A DNA stretch of 64,000 nt from Gemmatales bacterium (GTDB lineage: Bacteria; Planctomycetota; Planctomycetia; Gemmatales; HRBIN36). Every line of letters begins with the position of its first letter. The first letter of the stretch is position 1. The stretch spans positions 256,001 through 320,000 of the forward strand of contig JBEPZY010000001.1 of assembly GCA_041640595.1 (NCBI GenBank), given 5' to 3'. Under the pieces are notes generated by a model. The model saw nothing but the letters and a program-made list of their open reading frames with translations. It searched no databases and was not told where the DNA came from. Made by a program: the position numbers and the translations under genes. Of the stretch, positions 19,960 to 30,333 are shown piece after piece.

Positions 19960-20793
19960 TTATCCCTCTGGGGAGCGATCTAAGGGTTGGCAATAAGGGC
20001 AAAAGTAAGTGGAGCGCCCGGCCAGACGTTGACGCTGTAACGGATAAGAACAACGCCGGCAGGGCTGGCCTTGCCGCCCATATACCAGAAATTCGTCCTG
20101 ATACGTTCCCCGGCCGTTTTCTCCGAACATGTAATCGCGAATCGAGGAGCCGTGGCAAGCTATGGCGCGGCGCAACACGGTGCGAATGGCACGAAGAAGT
20201 TGCCGCGTCTCGTCAAAGGAAAATGTGTTGGCCGCACGATAAGGAGAAAACCCCGCCTGATAAAGGGCTTCGTCGGTGTAAATGTTGCCCAGTCCGGCCA
20301 GAAGACTCTGATCCATAAGGGCGACTTTGATCGGTCGGCTCGTGGCCTGGAGCCGGCAATGTAATTCGTCTGCCGTTACCGAAAAGGGCTCCGGACCGAG
20401 TTGGCTTTCTAAATAGCGCTGTGCATCGTCGCTCGAAAAGACGAGAATAGCTCCGAAGCGGCGTGGATCGCTGTAGCACAGGTGCGCCGGCTCAGGAGCG
20501 AGTTGGCAGACGAAATGGCAGTGAGGATCGTCCGACCTGACCGATGCCAGCACCTGGAGCCGACCGGTCATGCCCAGATGAATCAGCAGACAATCCTGTT
20601 CCAGCGATAGCACGATCCATTTGCCCCGCCGACTGACTGCGGTAAAGGTCTGGCCGAGCAGACGGCGGAGAGCCTTTTGCGGTACCGGGTGACGTAAACG
20701 TTTTCTCCCTGCCTGCACCGCCAGAATCCTTTTGCCTTTAAGTTGCGGTTGCAGGTAGCGGACAACTGTCTCGACTTCGGGCAATTCTGGCAT
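19960..20793 (-). CDS. mutM: Formamidopyrimidine-DNA glycosylase
   Basis: N-terminal PELPEVET, HLGMTG, DPRRFG, AGLGNIY, C-terminal CxxC..CxxCQ zinc finger. Confidence 0.95.
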   Translation of the reverse strand: MPELPEVETVVRYLQPQLKGKRILAVQAGRKRLRHPVPQKALRRLLGQTFTAVSRRGKWIVLSLEQDCLLIHLGMTGRLQVLASVRSDDPHCHFVCQLAPEPAHLCYSDPRRFGAILVFSSDDAQRYLESQLGPEPFSVTADELHCRLQATSRPIKVALMDQSLLAGLGNIYTDEALYQAGFSPYRAANTFSFDETRQLLRAIRTVLRRAIACHGSSIRDYMFGENGRGTYQDEFLVYGRQGQPCRRCSYPLQRQRLAGRSTYFCPYCQPLDRSPEG

Positions 20794-20941
20794 GGGCACA
20801 TCCCGGCATGGTTACTCGCTGGCATTATAGCCAATCGCGCTGGCCTTAGAATCCGACCTGCCCTGTGGTAGCGGCATCTGCAAGCCCGAGTGCGCTCCCT
20901 ATATTGAAAAACGGAAAGCATCTGTAAGCGAGGAGGCAGAT

Positions 20942-22990
20942 ATGGACTGGTACCAGGCGGTGCAGGCAGGATTTGCCACTTTAGATGTTCCGGAAGAATA
21001 TCGGCAGCGTGCACTCAGCTATTTGCAACAGTGGATGACTGCGGCCGAGTTTCAGCCCTACCGACCGCAACTGGATTGGCTCATCCAGCAAGGTTCCTGG
21101 GCTGGGTTGCTGGATCGCTTTTACCGCATCCTGCCTTTTGGAACAGGCGGTCGCCGCGGGCCAGTGGGCATCGGGCCGAACCGCATGAATCCCTGGACGG
21201 TAACCGCTTCCGTACAGGGGCATTGTGATTACTTGCGTTTGCGTTTCGCAGAAATTCTGGCCAGAAATCAGCGTTTGCGGGTGGTTGTGGCTTACGATGT
21301 ACGGCGATTTGAGGACCAGAATCGGCAATACAATCCCCATTTACCGAATCCGGTGCTGGGTTTGACCTCGCGGGATTTCGCCAGGTTCGCGGCGGAGGTT
21401 TATGCGGCCAACGGTGTCGAAACCGTCTTGCTGCCGCCCGAGGCGTCGCGTTATCTGGCTACGCCGGAGTTGTCGTTCGCCATTCGTTATTACGGTGCTC
21501 ACGGCGGGTTGAACATCTCGGCTTCCCATAATCCACCGGATGACAACGGGGCGAAGTTCTACGTGCAACATGGAGGCCAGCCGGTTCCGCCCGAAGACCA
21601 GCTCATGTCCGACTGCGTGGATCGGGTGACCGCGATTCGACGAATGCCGTTTGCCGAAGCAATGCAGCAAGGCTGGATCGTCCCGTATGAAGAAGAAGCA
21701 CACCGCGCCTATTTGCAAGTCAACCTGCGGCAAAGTCTCGTCGGGACGGCCCGGCCGAACGAGCTGACGGTGATTTACACGCCGCTGCACGGCGTGGGGC
21801 AATTTACCGTGCTGGAATTGCTACAACAGCAACGCATCCGCGTAGTGCCGGTAACCCAGCAGATGGAGCCGAACGGTCTGTTCCCCCGAGCACGGTCGGC
21901 GAATCCGGAAGTACCGGCAGCATTCAGCGAGGCCCTGCAGGTAGCGCAACAAACGCCGCAGGCCGAACTGATCCTGGCCAGCGATCCGGACGCGGATCGG
22001 CTTGGGGCGATGGCACGCACCCGGGCTGGCGAATGGCGGTTTCTGACGGGCAACGAAATTGCCGCTTTGCTGACGCACTTCAAGTTATCGCAACTGCGTC
22101 AGCAAGGCCGCTGGCCCGCTTCGCCGCTCGTTGTCAAGACCGAGGTAACGACCAACCTGATCACGCGAATTGCTCGAAGTTTCGGTTGTGCGGTAGTGGA
22201 CGATTTGCTGGTAGGCTTCAAATTCATCGCCGATGTGCTATGGCAACTGGAATCCACGGGGCGTTACCGTGATTATCACGGCACGCCAGCCGATTTCCTC
22301 ATCGGCTGCGAGGAGAGCCACGGCATCTTGATTACGCCGGAGATTCGCGACAAAGATGCTGCAGGGGCGGCCCTGCTGCTGACCGAGGCGACTTTGTATC
22401 AGAAACGCCGCGGATTAACGCTCGTCGAGTATCTGGAACAGCTTTATCGGGAGTTCGGCTACTTCCGCAATGTTTTGTTCAATGTACAGTTGCCCGGTCA
22501 GCTGGCGGATTATCAGAAGATGCAGCGGTTAGGCCGGGCACTGGATATGTTGCGTCGCGATCCGCCGCGGGAACTGGCCGGCTGGAAGGTCGTGCATTTC
22601 GATGATTACCTGCGACCGGAATCGCGGTTCGGCCCGATTCTTGGCGAAACCGATCGCCTGGGGCGGAACGTTCTTGTGTTCCATTTCCAGCCAGCGGAAC
22701 ATTCTCCCGCTGGCAGCGACCAGGATACAGTCCGAGCACTGACCAACGAAATAGCCAGGATATGCGTCAAAACCGGCGAAGAGCTATCAGCGCGGCTCAT
22801 CTTCCGGCCGAGCGGCACCGAACCGAAAGCCAAATGCTACGTCGAAGTAGCCACACCGCCGGCTTTGCCGCAAATTGATCGGCAGGAGTGGTCGCAATTG
22901 TGTCGGCAGGTCGATCATCTGGCCGAAAAGCTGGGCCAATCGTTTGTGCAACTGGCGCTGCAATTGGCCGAGGTTCCCGCTGCAGTTTAG
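20942..22990 (+). CDS. Phosphoglucomutase/phosphomannomutase family protein
   Basis: FGTGGRRG, SASHNP, DPDADR, EESHG, RPSGTEPKAKCY. Confidence 0.93.
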   Translation: MDWYQAVQAGFATLDVPEEYRQRALSYLQQWMTAAEFQPYRPQLDWLIQQGSWAGLLDRFYRILPFGTGGRRGPVGIGPNRMNPWTVTASVQGHCDYLRLRFAEILARNQRLRVVVAYDVRRFEDQNRQYNPHLPNPVLGLTSRDFARFAAEVYAANGVETVLLPPEASRYLATPELSFAIRYYGAHGGLNISASHNPPDDNGAKFYVQHGGQPVPPEDQLMSDCVDRVTAIRRMPFAEAMQQGWIVPYEEEAHRAYLQVNLRQSLVGTARPNELTVIYTPLHGVGQFTVLELLQQQRIRVVPVTQQMEPNGLFPRARSANPEVPAAFSEALQVAQQTPQAELILASDPDADRLGAMARTRAGEWRFLTGNEIAALLTHFKLSQLRQQGRWPASPLVVKTEVTTNLITRIARSFGCAVVDDLLVGFKFIADVLWQLESTGRYRDYHGTPADFLIGCEESHGILITPEIRDKDAAGAALLLTEATLYQKRRGLTLVEYLEQLYREFGYFRNVLFNVQLPGQLADYQKMQRLGRALDMLRRDPPRELAGWKVVHFDDYLRPESRFGPILGETDRLGRNVLVFHFQPAEHSPAGSDQDTVRALTNEIARICVKTGEELSARLIFRPSGTEPKAKCYVEVATPPALPQIDRQEWSQLCRQVDHLAEKLGQSFVQLALQLAEVPAAV

Positions 22991-23005
22991 CCAGCTCAAT
23001 GCGGA

Positions 23006-23584
23006 TTAGTCACGCTGGATAGCCGGTTTCGCGGGCAACTGGCCTGGCTCAGCACCAGGCGGTAACGGTTGGGGAAGGGGCACCGGCCTGCCGAATTTCG
23101 GTCGGCGGAACGCCACCAGACCGGACGGTTGACCGTTTGTCGTTCCGTTGGTCTGCGTGCTATAAAGGTTAATCAGGCCCACGTATTCCCAGCCTTCAGC
23201 CGCCAAACGATTGAGCACCTTGGCATGCTCATCGCAATCGCGGCCAGTAAATTCAACCACCCGGTACTCCCAGCCGAGAGGTTGTGGCACGACCCCGATA
23301 TTGGGCTGAACACCGCCTCCGGCCGCTCCGGGTGGATCGTCACCCGCTTGTTCAACGGGAGGAACCTGCTGAACCGGTTTGGCTTGCACCGCTTTGGGCC
23401 TGGCTGGTGCGGGTAGTGGCTGAATTTGCACCGGCTGCACAGGTCTGGGTTGGACCTTGGCGGGTTCGGGATTCGGGGCATTCTGCGAACGGGCCAGGCC
23501 CATCCAGACCAGTCCCGTCAAACCCACCAGTACCATCACGGTAAGACCGGCTCGCATCGCCATCTGTCGCATTAGCATGTTCAT
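23006..23584 (-). CDS. Exported Pro/Gln-rich protein with DUF4177-like domain
   Basis: Signal-like N-terminus; WEYRVV..LNRLAAEGWEYV..FRRP. Confidence 0.65.
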   Translation of the reverse strand: MNMLMRQMAMRAGLTVMVLVGLTGLVWMGLARSQNAPNPEPAKVQPRPVQPVQIQPLPAPARPKAVQAKPVQQVPPVEQAGDDPPGAAGGGVQPNIGVVPQPLGWEYRVVEFTGRDCDEHAKVLNRLAAEGWEYVGLINLYSTQTNGTTNGQPSGLVAFRRPKFGRPVPLPQPLPPGAEPGQLPAKPAIQRD

Positions 23585-24089
23585 CTCCTTGTTCCCATGC
23601 GGTCAATCCCTGGGCGACACGTCTGCCTCTATATGACGAACGGAGCGACGAAAGGGATTAACCGAGCCTCTAACATTTTGGTCGCCACGGCAACGCAGGA
23701 TGCGGGCAGCCAGAAGAAATGTGAAATGGATGCTGGAAGGGTCTTTTTATCCGCATCGGGCCAGCTTGGAGTGAAACCGTTTTCATGGTGCAGACCTTGA
23801 GAAGATCGCTCATGAACAGCACGCGCGTCCGTGCATGGGCTTGTGATCGCGGCCGACGTTGGTGACACAAACTCGAAAATTGCTTGAAAGCCGGACGTGC
23901 CACCGTCCGCACGATTACGTTCCAACCAGGTCTTGGTGGCGCGGAATTAAAGAACCATCCGGAAGCGGAAGCAGGACGCACATTCGTTCACGAGCTCACA
24001 TGGCCAGGCAGCGACCATGAGACCGAATCCAAGAACCATTCGCAGGCAGCCTGGCCTTCGACCGGGCGGGACGTGCACCTGTTCGGGGA

Positions 24090-25409
24090 TCATGAGGTGG
24101 AATCCAAGAACCATTCGTAGGCAGGGCGGACGCGGATTCCCTGGCCTGCCAACTGGCTGGCTTGTTCCGAGGTCATAACGACCAACAGCCGCTCGGCATG
24201 GCGATACCGCACTGCTGCCGCCTGTAACGCCCGCATTTCCCGCGCGAAGCTTTCCTCTGATGTCGGTGCTGCGCACACCTGGATAAGCTGCTGTACCTGT
24301 CCAGGAATTCGCGCCAAAAAGTCCACTTCATATCCCTCTTGGGTCTTCACGTAGGTGATCGCAGCGCCGCGCCGCAGAAGCTCCTGCAATACCGCTGTTT
24401 CCAGGGCATGGCCGAAATTGGTGCGCCCACTGATGTCGTAGGCCTGGATCAGGCCGACATCTACGGGATAGACCTTACGCGGATTGGTATTGCGCTGGCG
24501 TTCCGACTCGGTATCGAGGTAGATAGCCGTGATCAGGAACGCGTCTTCCAAGTAGCTCAAAAGAGCATGGAGTGTGTCTTTGGCCACAGCATGTCCCTGG
24601 GACTTGAGGTCGCGGTAGAGTTTATGCACACTCAGGGCGGCGGCAGGATTGCGTAAGCAGAAACGTACAAGCCACCGCAAGGGGCCGACCTGGCTCACCC
24701 GATAACGCTCCACCACGTCGCGCAAAATCAGCGTATCTACATATCCCTGAAGTAAGGGGATGCGTAACGATGCTTCCAGGCCTTGCGCTTCAGGGAAGCC
24801 GCCCACTTCCAGATATTCACGTAACCGCTTCTCCAGGAGGGAGCGTTCGGGTGGAGTTATGCGAGATACCGGTTTGGTCGGCTCCTCGCCTCGGTGGCGT
24901 AAAAACTCACGGAAACTGAAAGGGCGGAGAATGGTTTCAAATCCTCGCCCGCGCAGCGAAGTGTGCACCTCACGCGATAGTAACCGTGCCGATGAACCAG
25001 AAACCACTACCTGCACTTTTTCTGTGTCCAGCAACCGGCGAACAAACCTTTCCCAGCCTGAGATTACCTGGATTTCGTCCAGGAACCACCAGACTTCTTG
25101 CCGTCCCCGCAATTCAGGGAACATGCGGTAGTATTCTTCCAGTAAGGCATTCAGCTGGGAGAGTGGAAGGTCTGCCAGGCGGTCATCGTCGAAACTAATG
25201 TACACAGCGCGCGTGGGCGACAGGGCATTCTGTTTTTCGGACTGCACCTGGCGCAGGAAAGTGGTTTTTCCCACCCGTCGCATGCCCAGCACGGTATGCA
25301 CCTTATTCTGGATGGCTGGAAGGCGTGCATCACGTCGCGTTACTCCGACAAGCTGAACCGGTTCCAGGCCGCTAACCAGTTTTTCACGCAGCACAGGATG
25401 CAGTTCCAT
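24090..25409 (-). CDS. AAA+ ATPase (AAA_14) with DUF4143 C-terminal domain
   Basis: GMRRVGKT, FLDEIQ, VSGSS, LRGR, GGFPE, RKVYPVDVG, EVDF..LIQV. Confidence 0.9.
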   Translation of the reverse strand: MELHPVLREKLVSGLEPVQLVGVTRRDARLPAIQNKVHTVLGMRRVGKTTFLRQVQSEKQNALSPTRAVYISFDDDRLADLPLSQLNALLEEYYRMFPELRGRQEVWWFLDEIQVISGWERFVRRLLDTEKVQVVVSGSSARLLSREVHTSLRGRGFETILRPFSFREFLRHRGEEPTKPVSRITPPERSLLEKRLREYLEVGGFPEAQGLEASLRIPLLQGYVDTLILRDVVERYRVSQVGPLRWLVRFCLRNPAAALSVHKLYRDLKSQGHAVAKDTLHALLSYLEDAFLITAIYLDTESERQRNTNPRKVYPVDVGLIQAYDISGRTNFGHALETAVLQELLRRGAAITYVKTQEGYEVDFLARIPGQVQQLIQVCAAPTSEESFAREMRALQAAAVRYRHAERLLVVMTSEQASQLAGQGIRVRPAYEWFLDSTS

Positions 25410-25552
25410 AGCAAATGCCTGCTTCGCAAAGCTGTCCTTCTTATAAGGACAGTTTACGCATAATCTGTCCTTCTGAGAAGGCCAGAACAGGAAACAGTGG
25501 ACTCAGTAACTAATGCGCGGACAAACTGGGGCAAGCGATGCTGAGCGCTGCT

Positions 25553-26232
25553 GGAGCGGCTGGCGTTAGCCAGCCGTGGCGGGCGCAACGTCATTGCAGT
25601 TGGAGAACGCACGCTTTTGCCGGCATCCGTGCGTGCCAACTAGAGCGGCTGGCGTGAGCCAGCCGTGGGAAACAACCCGTCCTTGCAATTACACGTTCGT
25701 TCTATAGCGCGTAACGTTTGTTTTGTCACACCCACGGCGGGCTTACGCCCGCCGCTCCTGCGAATGTGCGTTTCTGCATCGCAAAAGACGTTGTTCTTCC
25801 GGCAGACGAACGCCGTTCCATGCACCAGGAGCGGGGGGCGTAAGCCCCCCGTGCAATACCTTCCGCATGCGAACTCGAAACGGGCAAACTCACCTCATTG
25901 CCTTCGCAGACGCGGTTTGCAACCCACGGCGGGCTTACGCCCGCCGCTCTTGGCGGATGTGCCCTTTTGCGTTGCAGAAGCTCATATTGCAGCGTATATC
26001 CGTTGTGCACCTGGAGCGGCTGGCGTGAGCCAGCCGTGGGAAGCATAACATCATTGCAGTTGGAGAACGCACGCTTTTGCCAGCATCCGTGCGCGCCAAC
26101 TAGAGCGGCTGGCGCCGGTCAGCCGTGGTACGGGAAAAGAATGTGCGGTGCGAAACGTAAGCAGTGCGCAAAAGCGGGTCACCGTTGCAAACGCCAATTC
26201 GACCCACGGCGGGCTTACGCCCGCCGCTCCTG
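25553..26232. repeat. REP/BIME-like cluster of eight ~27-bp palindromic units
   Basis: GAGCGGCTGGCGTGAGCCAGCCGTGG-type copies at ~25554, 25643, 25829, 26014, 26103; reverse-type CCACGGCGGGCTTACGCCCGCCGCTC at ~25732, 25924, 26204. Confidence 0.85.
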
Positions 26233-26301
26233 GCGGATGGGCGTGCCACCGTTACGGACTGGGCATTTTGCAGCGAACAGCCGTTATGCCTTGAAGAAGC
26301 G

Positions 26302-27507
26302 TTAGTCGAAGCGTTTAGGTTGCTGGTCGGGTGCAAAAAATCGGCCCTTGAGTGCGGAGTCCAAAACTTTGTTGACTTTTTCACGAGTACCGGCGGGCAA
26401 CGCTTCAAGGCTGTCGTAAGTCTTGGTCTCACGCCCTTCGGTGACTTCGATTTTGCTGACGCTGGTCTTACCGTCGGCCTGGGTGCCTTCGATGCGGATG
26501 GTCTGGCCCGGCTCCCGATACTGGACACGGAAAGTGCCATCGCTACTGCGTTCAACCTGCAAGAAGTAACCGCCGGGCAGCGAAGGTTCCGCGGGAAATG
26601 GCAGAATCCGGGAATCGGGACGGCGAGGTCTGGCTGGAGGCACTTCCGGCAATTCCAGTTCGGGCAGTGTTTCTTTCTTGCCCTTGCGGAGCACGACAAC
26701 TTTGCCAACCTTGCCAGCGGGCAGTTCACGGATGAGCCGAACGAATGCTTCGGGATCGGCCGGCACCGTTTTGCCTCCGATTTCCAGCAGGATGTCGTGG
26801 GGCTTGATGCCGACTTTAGCGGCCGGAGAATCCGGCACAACTTCCCGCACAAGCACGCCCTCGTTTTCGGCGACGCTGAGCTGGTCGCGCAGAGCCGGAT
26901 GCAATGGCTCGACGATCACGCCCAGCCGTGGATGCCGTTGAGCAGGCTCACCGAAAAACGGCGGGCGTAACTGGGGTGGGAATATTCGGCGGCGATCTTC
27001 CTGCAACTGGCCGCGATGGAGTTGCTCCAGCATTTGCCGTAATTCTTCCTGCTGCCGACGCAGCAGTTGCCGCAGCCGTTCCCACTCCTGCGGGTCTATG
27101 CCGGGCGGCGGTTCCTTCAGAAGCTCATCAAGATCGGCGAAAGGTGGGGGAACAAGGCGGTCTGGTGCGCGAGCTCTGTCCGATTTTTCTCCGGAATCGC
27201 GTCGCTCCTGGGCTGGTGCGGCACGTTGACCGGACTGGTCATCCGGCTGGATTTTCTGACGCCGCGAATCAGACGGCTGACGCGCGGCATCTTCCTTCTG
27301 CTTATCGGAGGCAGTGCCGGTACCAGACGACTGGTCGCGCACTGCCGAGTCTTTTCCGTCGGTCGGCAAGGAAGCATCTTTCGCGGCAGCGGTGACCAAC
27401 CAGTTTGCTCCAGCCAGAAGGGCACCTGTCGCAAGTAACCCAAGCAGTCCGTGAAGCAACCATCGGCGTGCACGAGCAAAGCTTGCCAGCAAATCCCTCA
27501 GCAGCAT
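26302..27507 (-). CDS. Exported PDZ-domain protein
   Basis: ATG 27507 after AGGAG; hydrophobic signal; PRLGVIVE..GVLVREVVPDSPAAKVGIKPHDILLEIGG. Confidence 0.85.
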   Translation of the reverse strand: MLLRDLLASFARARRWLLHGLLGLLATGALLAGANWLVTAAAKDASLPTDGKDSAVRDQSSGTGTASDKQKEDAARQPSDSRRQKIQPDDQSGQRAAPAQERRDSGEKSDRARAPDRLVPPPFADLDELLKEPPPGIDPQEWERLRQLLRRQQEELRQMLEQLHRGQLQEDRRRIFPPQLRPPFFGEPAQRHPRLGVIVEPLHPALRDQLSVAENEGVLVREVVPDSPAAKVGIKPHDILLEIGGKTVPADPEAFVRLIRELPAGKVGKVVVLRKGKKETLPELELPEVPPARPRRPDSRILPFPAEPSLPGGYFLQVERSSDGTFRVQYREPGQTIRIEGTQADGKTSVSKIEVTEGRETKTYDSLEALPAGTREKVNKVLDSALKGRFFAPDQQPKRFD

Positions 27508-27664
27508 GGCCTCTCCTCCTTTCTGAGTAACGCATAGAGTCGGGTGCGTCGGCAAGCAATGTGTGGATGTGCACGGCTCACCGGCCACACCCCGCGTATC
27601 CACATAATTCTAATCAGCGGTCGGGCCTGCCAGTCGGTTATTGTCTCGCAAGCACCGACGAAAT

Positions 27665-27865
27665 TCAGGTTGCATCGTCCGTGGTTGGCTCTGTCGGTTC
27701 GGATTCGGTTTCGTCCGGTTGGACGGGGATACGGTATTCCCCGCCGAGCCAGCGACCGGTGTCAATGATGCGACACCGCCGACTGCAGAACGGGAAAGTC
27801 GGCAGGTCCTCCAGTTTTTCGATGCGGATTTCCTTACCGCAAATCGGGCAGCGCACCTGAATCAT
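27665..27865 (-). CDS. yacG: DNA gyrase inhibitor YacG
   Basis: CPICGK..FPFCSRRCRIIDTGRW..EYRIP. Confidence 0.9.
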   Translation of the reverse strand: MIQVRCPICGKEIRIEKLEDLPTFPFCSRRCRIIDTGRWLGGEYRIPVQPDETESEPTEPTTDDAT

Positions 27866-27938
27866 GCGGCCGCCTTTTTGGGCGTAAGTTTGCTTTTAGT
27901 CGGCGGTCGTCTCGAATGATGCGGCGATGGTCCGCCTG

Positions 27939-28214
27939 CTACTTCGATTCCGTTTCGCTTTTGCACTTGCAGTTGTCGGAACCGCAGCCGGCCTGCTCCA
28001 GCTCTTTCTTCGCCGCGGCTTTGTACGATTCGCTGCGGTAATCCGTGATGTAGAAGCCAGAGCCTTTGAAAATCAGGCCGGCTCCCGTTCCGAATAGCCG
28101 ACGCAATCGCGGCTGGTGGCATTTGGGACAATCCCGCAAAGGTTCGGCGGTAATCGGTTGCAATTCCTCGAAGGTGTATTCGCAGGCCTCGCAGCGATAC
28201 TCATACGTCGGCAT
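27939..28214 (-). CDS. FmdB-family zinc ribbon protein
   Basis: MPTYEYRCEAC..CPKC..FKGSGFYITDY. Confidence 0.9.
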   Translation of the reverse strand: MPTYEYRCEACEYTFEELQPITAEPLRDCPKCHQPRLRRLFGTGAGLIFKGSGFYITDYRSESYKAAAKKELEQAGCGSDNCKCKSETESK

Positions 28215-28319
28215 ACTTCCCCTCCTGTTTGTGTGCTGAGTGCTGCGTTCTTGGCGGCGATAGTGAAGCGACCGCCCGACGGGTTAGCTCCTTGCCGAGC
28301 AGGTTCAAGATGGCGACGA

Positions 28320-28994
28320 TTACTGCTTTTGTTCGGAAGGCTGGGCCGTCTGATCACCGCCAGTGCTGGCGGAGCTGGCTTGTTGGGAACTGGCCTGTTC
28401 CGAACCGGCTTGTTCGGTCATGGCAGTGCTGACGATTACTCGGGCCGGTCGCAGCACGCGATCGTGATAAAAATATCCTGCCTCGAGCACTTTCAGTACG
28501 GTGTTAGGCGGGTGATCGCGGCTCGGCTGCTGCATGACTGCCTGGTGTAGATGCGGGTCGAAGGGCTGACCTTCCGCATCCATCGGCACAATGCCGTGTT
28601 TGCGAAGCACCTGTTGCAGTTGCTGATAAATCATCGCCACGCCCTGGCGCAAGGGCGAATCCTGTTGCACCGAATCGAGTGCCCGCTGGAAGTTGTCCAG
28701 TACCGGCAGCAGATCGAGGGCCAGCGGCCAGAGCGCGAATCTCTGCTCCTGTTCGCGTTCTTTGGCGACACGCTTCTGGTAATTCTCGAAGTCGGCCCGG
28801 GTCCGAAGCAGCAGTTCTTTGAAGGTGTCGCGTTCGCGACTGAGTTGTTCGAGATCGGCAAGCACCTGGGCCGCTTCCGCTGTTCCATCGGAAGTGTTTG
28901 CGGCCGATGGCGAAGCAGTCGTCGCTGGCTTATCGGTTTTTCCGGTTGTGGAGTCGGACGAGTTGCTTGATTTCTGGGTGGTTTCGTCGCTCAT
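28320..28994 (-). CDS. grpE: Nucleotide exchange factor GrpE
   Basis: RADFENYQKR, LLPVLDNFQRAL, FDPHLHQAV, GY..DRVLRPARV. Confidence 0.95.
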   Translation of the reverse strand: MSDETTQKSSNSSDSTTGKTDKPATTASPSAANTSDGTAEAAQVLADLEQLSRERDTFKELLLRTRADFENYQKRVAKEREQEQRFALWPLALDLLPVLDNFQRALDSVQQDSPLRQGVAMIYQQLQQVLRKHGIVPMDAEGQPFDPHLHQAVMQQPSRDHPPNTVLKVLEAGYFYHDRVLRPARVIVSTAMTEQAGSEQASSQQASSASTGGDQTAQPSEQKQ

Positions 28995-29015
28995 GGCTTG
29001 GTCCAGGATGGCGGT

Positions 29016-30170
29016 TTAATCATCGGAATCTGATTTCGCTGGCGGAGCTTCACCGCCCAGCCAGGATTTGAGCATTTCGAGAAAACTTCGCCGTTGCGGG
29101 GATACGTTTTTCTGTTCCAGTTCGGCCAGTTCCCGCAGCAATTCTTCCTGGCGGCGGGTAAGTTTGCGGGGCACTTCCACGACCACCTGAACGAGTAAGT
29201 CGCCGCGTTCCTGACTGCGTAATACTGGCATGCCCTGTTGCGGAATGCGTAACACCTCGTGGCTCTGGGTGCCCCGGGGAATGACCAGTTTCGTTGTCTT
29301 GCCGTCCAGGGTGGGAATTTCAATCTCCGCTCCCAGAGCCGCCTGGGTAAAACTGATCGGAACCTGACAGAACAGGTCGCGCCCTTGCCGACGGAAGAAC
29401 GGATGCTCTTTAACTCGTAGCACGCAGTACAAATCGCCACGCGGCGCACCAGGATCGCCCGCCTCACCCTCGCCGGGCAAATGCAAACGATGGCCGGTTT
29501 CAACACCGGGCGGAATCCGCACTTCGATGGTGCGGCGGGCCTGCACTTTGCCACGCCCCTGACAGCGCGGGCAAACCTGCGTGATTCGGTAACCCAGACC
29601 CTGGCAGCTACGGCACTGCGTCCGCACCGTCAGCAATCCTTGTCGCAGGTAAATCTCTCCGTGTCCGCCACACCGGGAACAGGTCTCCGGACGATAACCG
29701 CGTGGAATACCCGCGCCGCCACATTCACCACACAATTCCAGCCGCTCGATTTCCAGTGTCCGGCTGGTTCCGGTAAACGCTTCCCGCAGGTCGATTTCCA
29801 CGAGGGTTTCCAGATCACGACCCGGGCGCGGTCCTCGCCGGGAACGCCTGCCGCCGAAACCGAAGAAATCGCTCAACAAGTCGAAGAACGGGTCGAGTGG
29901 TTCGTGGCTCGGCCCATACGTTCCCGGCGGACTGAACGACTCATCCAGACCAGCAAATCCGTAGCGGTCGTAGCGGGCCCGTTTTTCCGGATCGCAAAGA
30001 ACCTCGTAAGCCTCGGTGATCTCCTTGAATTTCTGGGCAGCTTCTTCGTCGCCGGGATTGCGGTCGGGGTGATACTTCTTGGCCAGTTCGCGGTAGGCGC
30101 GCTTGATCTCCTCCTCGCTCGCGTTGCGGGCGACGCCCAACACTTGGTAATAATCTCGTTTACTGGCCAT
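29016..30170 (-). CDS. dnaJ: Chaperone DnaJ
   Basis: [11 protein letters not shown] motif, four CxxCxGxG repeats. Confidence 0.95.
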   Translation of the reverse strand: MASKRDYYQVLGVARNASEEEIKRAYRELAKKYHPDRNPGDEEAAQKFKEITEAYEVLCDPEKRARYDRYGFAGLDESFSPPGTYGPSHEPLDPFFDLLSDFFGFGGRRSRRGPRPGRDLETLVEIDLREAFTGTSRTLEIERLELCGECGGAGIPRGYRPETCSRCGGHGEIYLRQGLLTVRTQCRSCQGLGYRITQVCPRCQGRGKVQARRTIEVRIPPGVETGHRLHLPGEGEAGDPGAPRGDLYCVLRVKEHPFFRRQGRDLFCQVPISFTQAALGAEIEIPTLDGKTTKLVIPRGTQSHEVLRIPQQGMPVLRSQERGDLLVQVVVEVPRKLTRRQEELLRELAELEQKNVSPQRRSFLEMLKSWLGGEAPPAKSDSDD

Positions 30171-30230
30171 AGCCCTTGCTTCAACCGTCGCAGCCATTTT
30201 GCACAGGCTATTGAGATTTTACACCACTCA

Positions 30231-30268
30231 GAAAAAGCAGGGTGAACCGGCGTCGGTCCACCCTGCTG
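30231..30268 (-). terminator. Rho-independent terminator between groEL and dnaJ
   Basis: Minus strand GCAGGGTGGACCG-acgc-CGGTTCACCCTGC followed by TTTTT. Confidence 0.7.
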
Positions 30269-30333
30269 AGAGGTTCGGCGAATGATAGCAGTCCGACCGC
30301 TACGACGCCAGGCCAGCGGACGCGACGCCGACA

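Noticed and set aside
25553..26232. REP cluster as a CRISPR array or coding region
   Set aside because: Units occur in both orientations and linkers are partly duplicated; the ORFs here are repeat translations.
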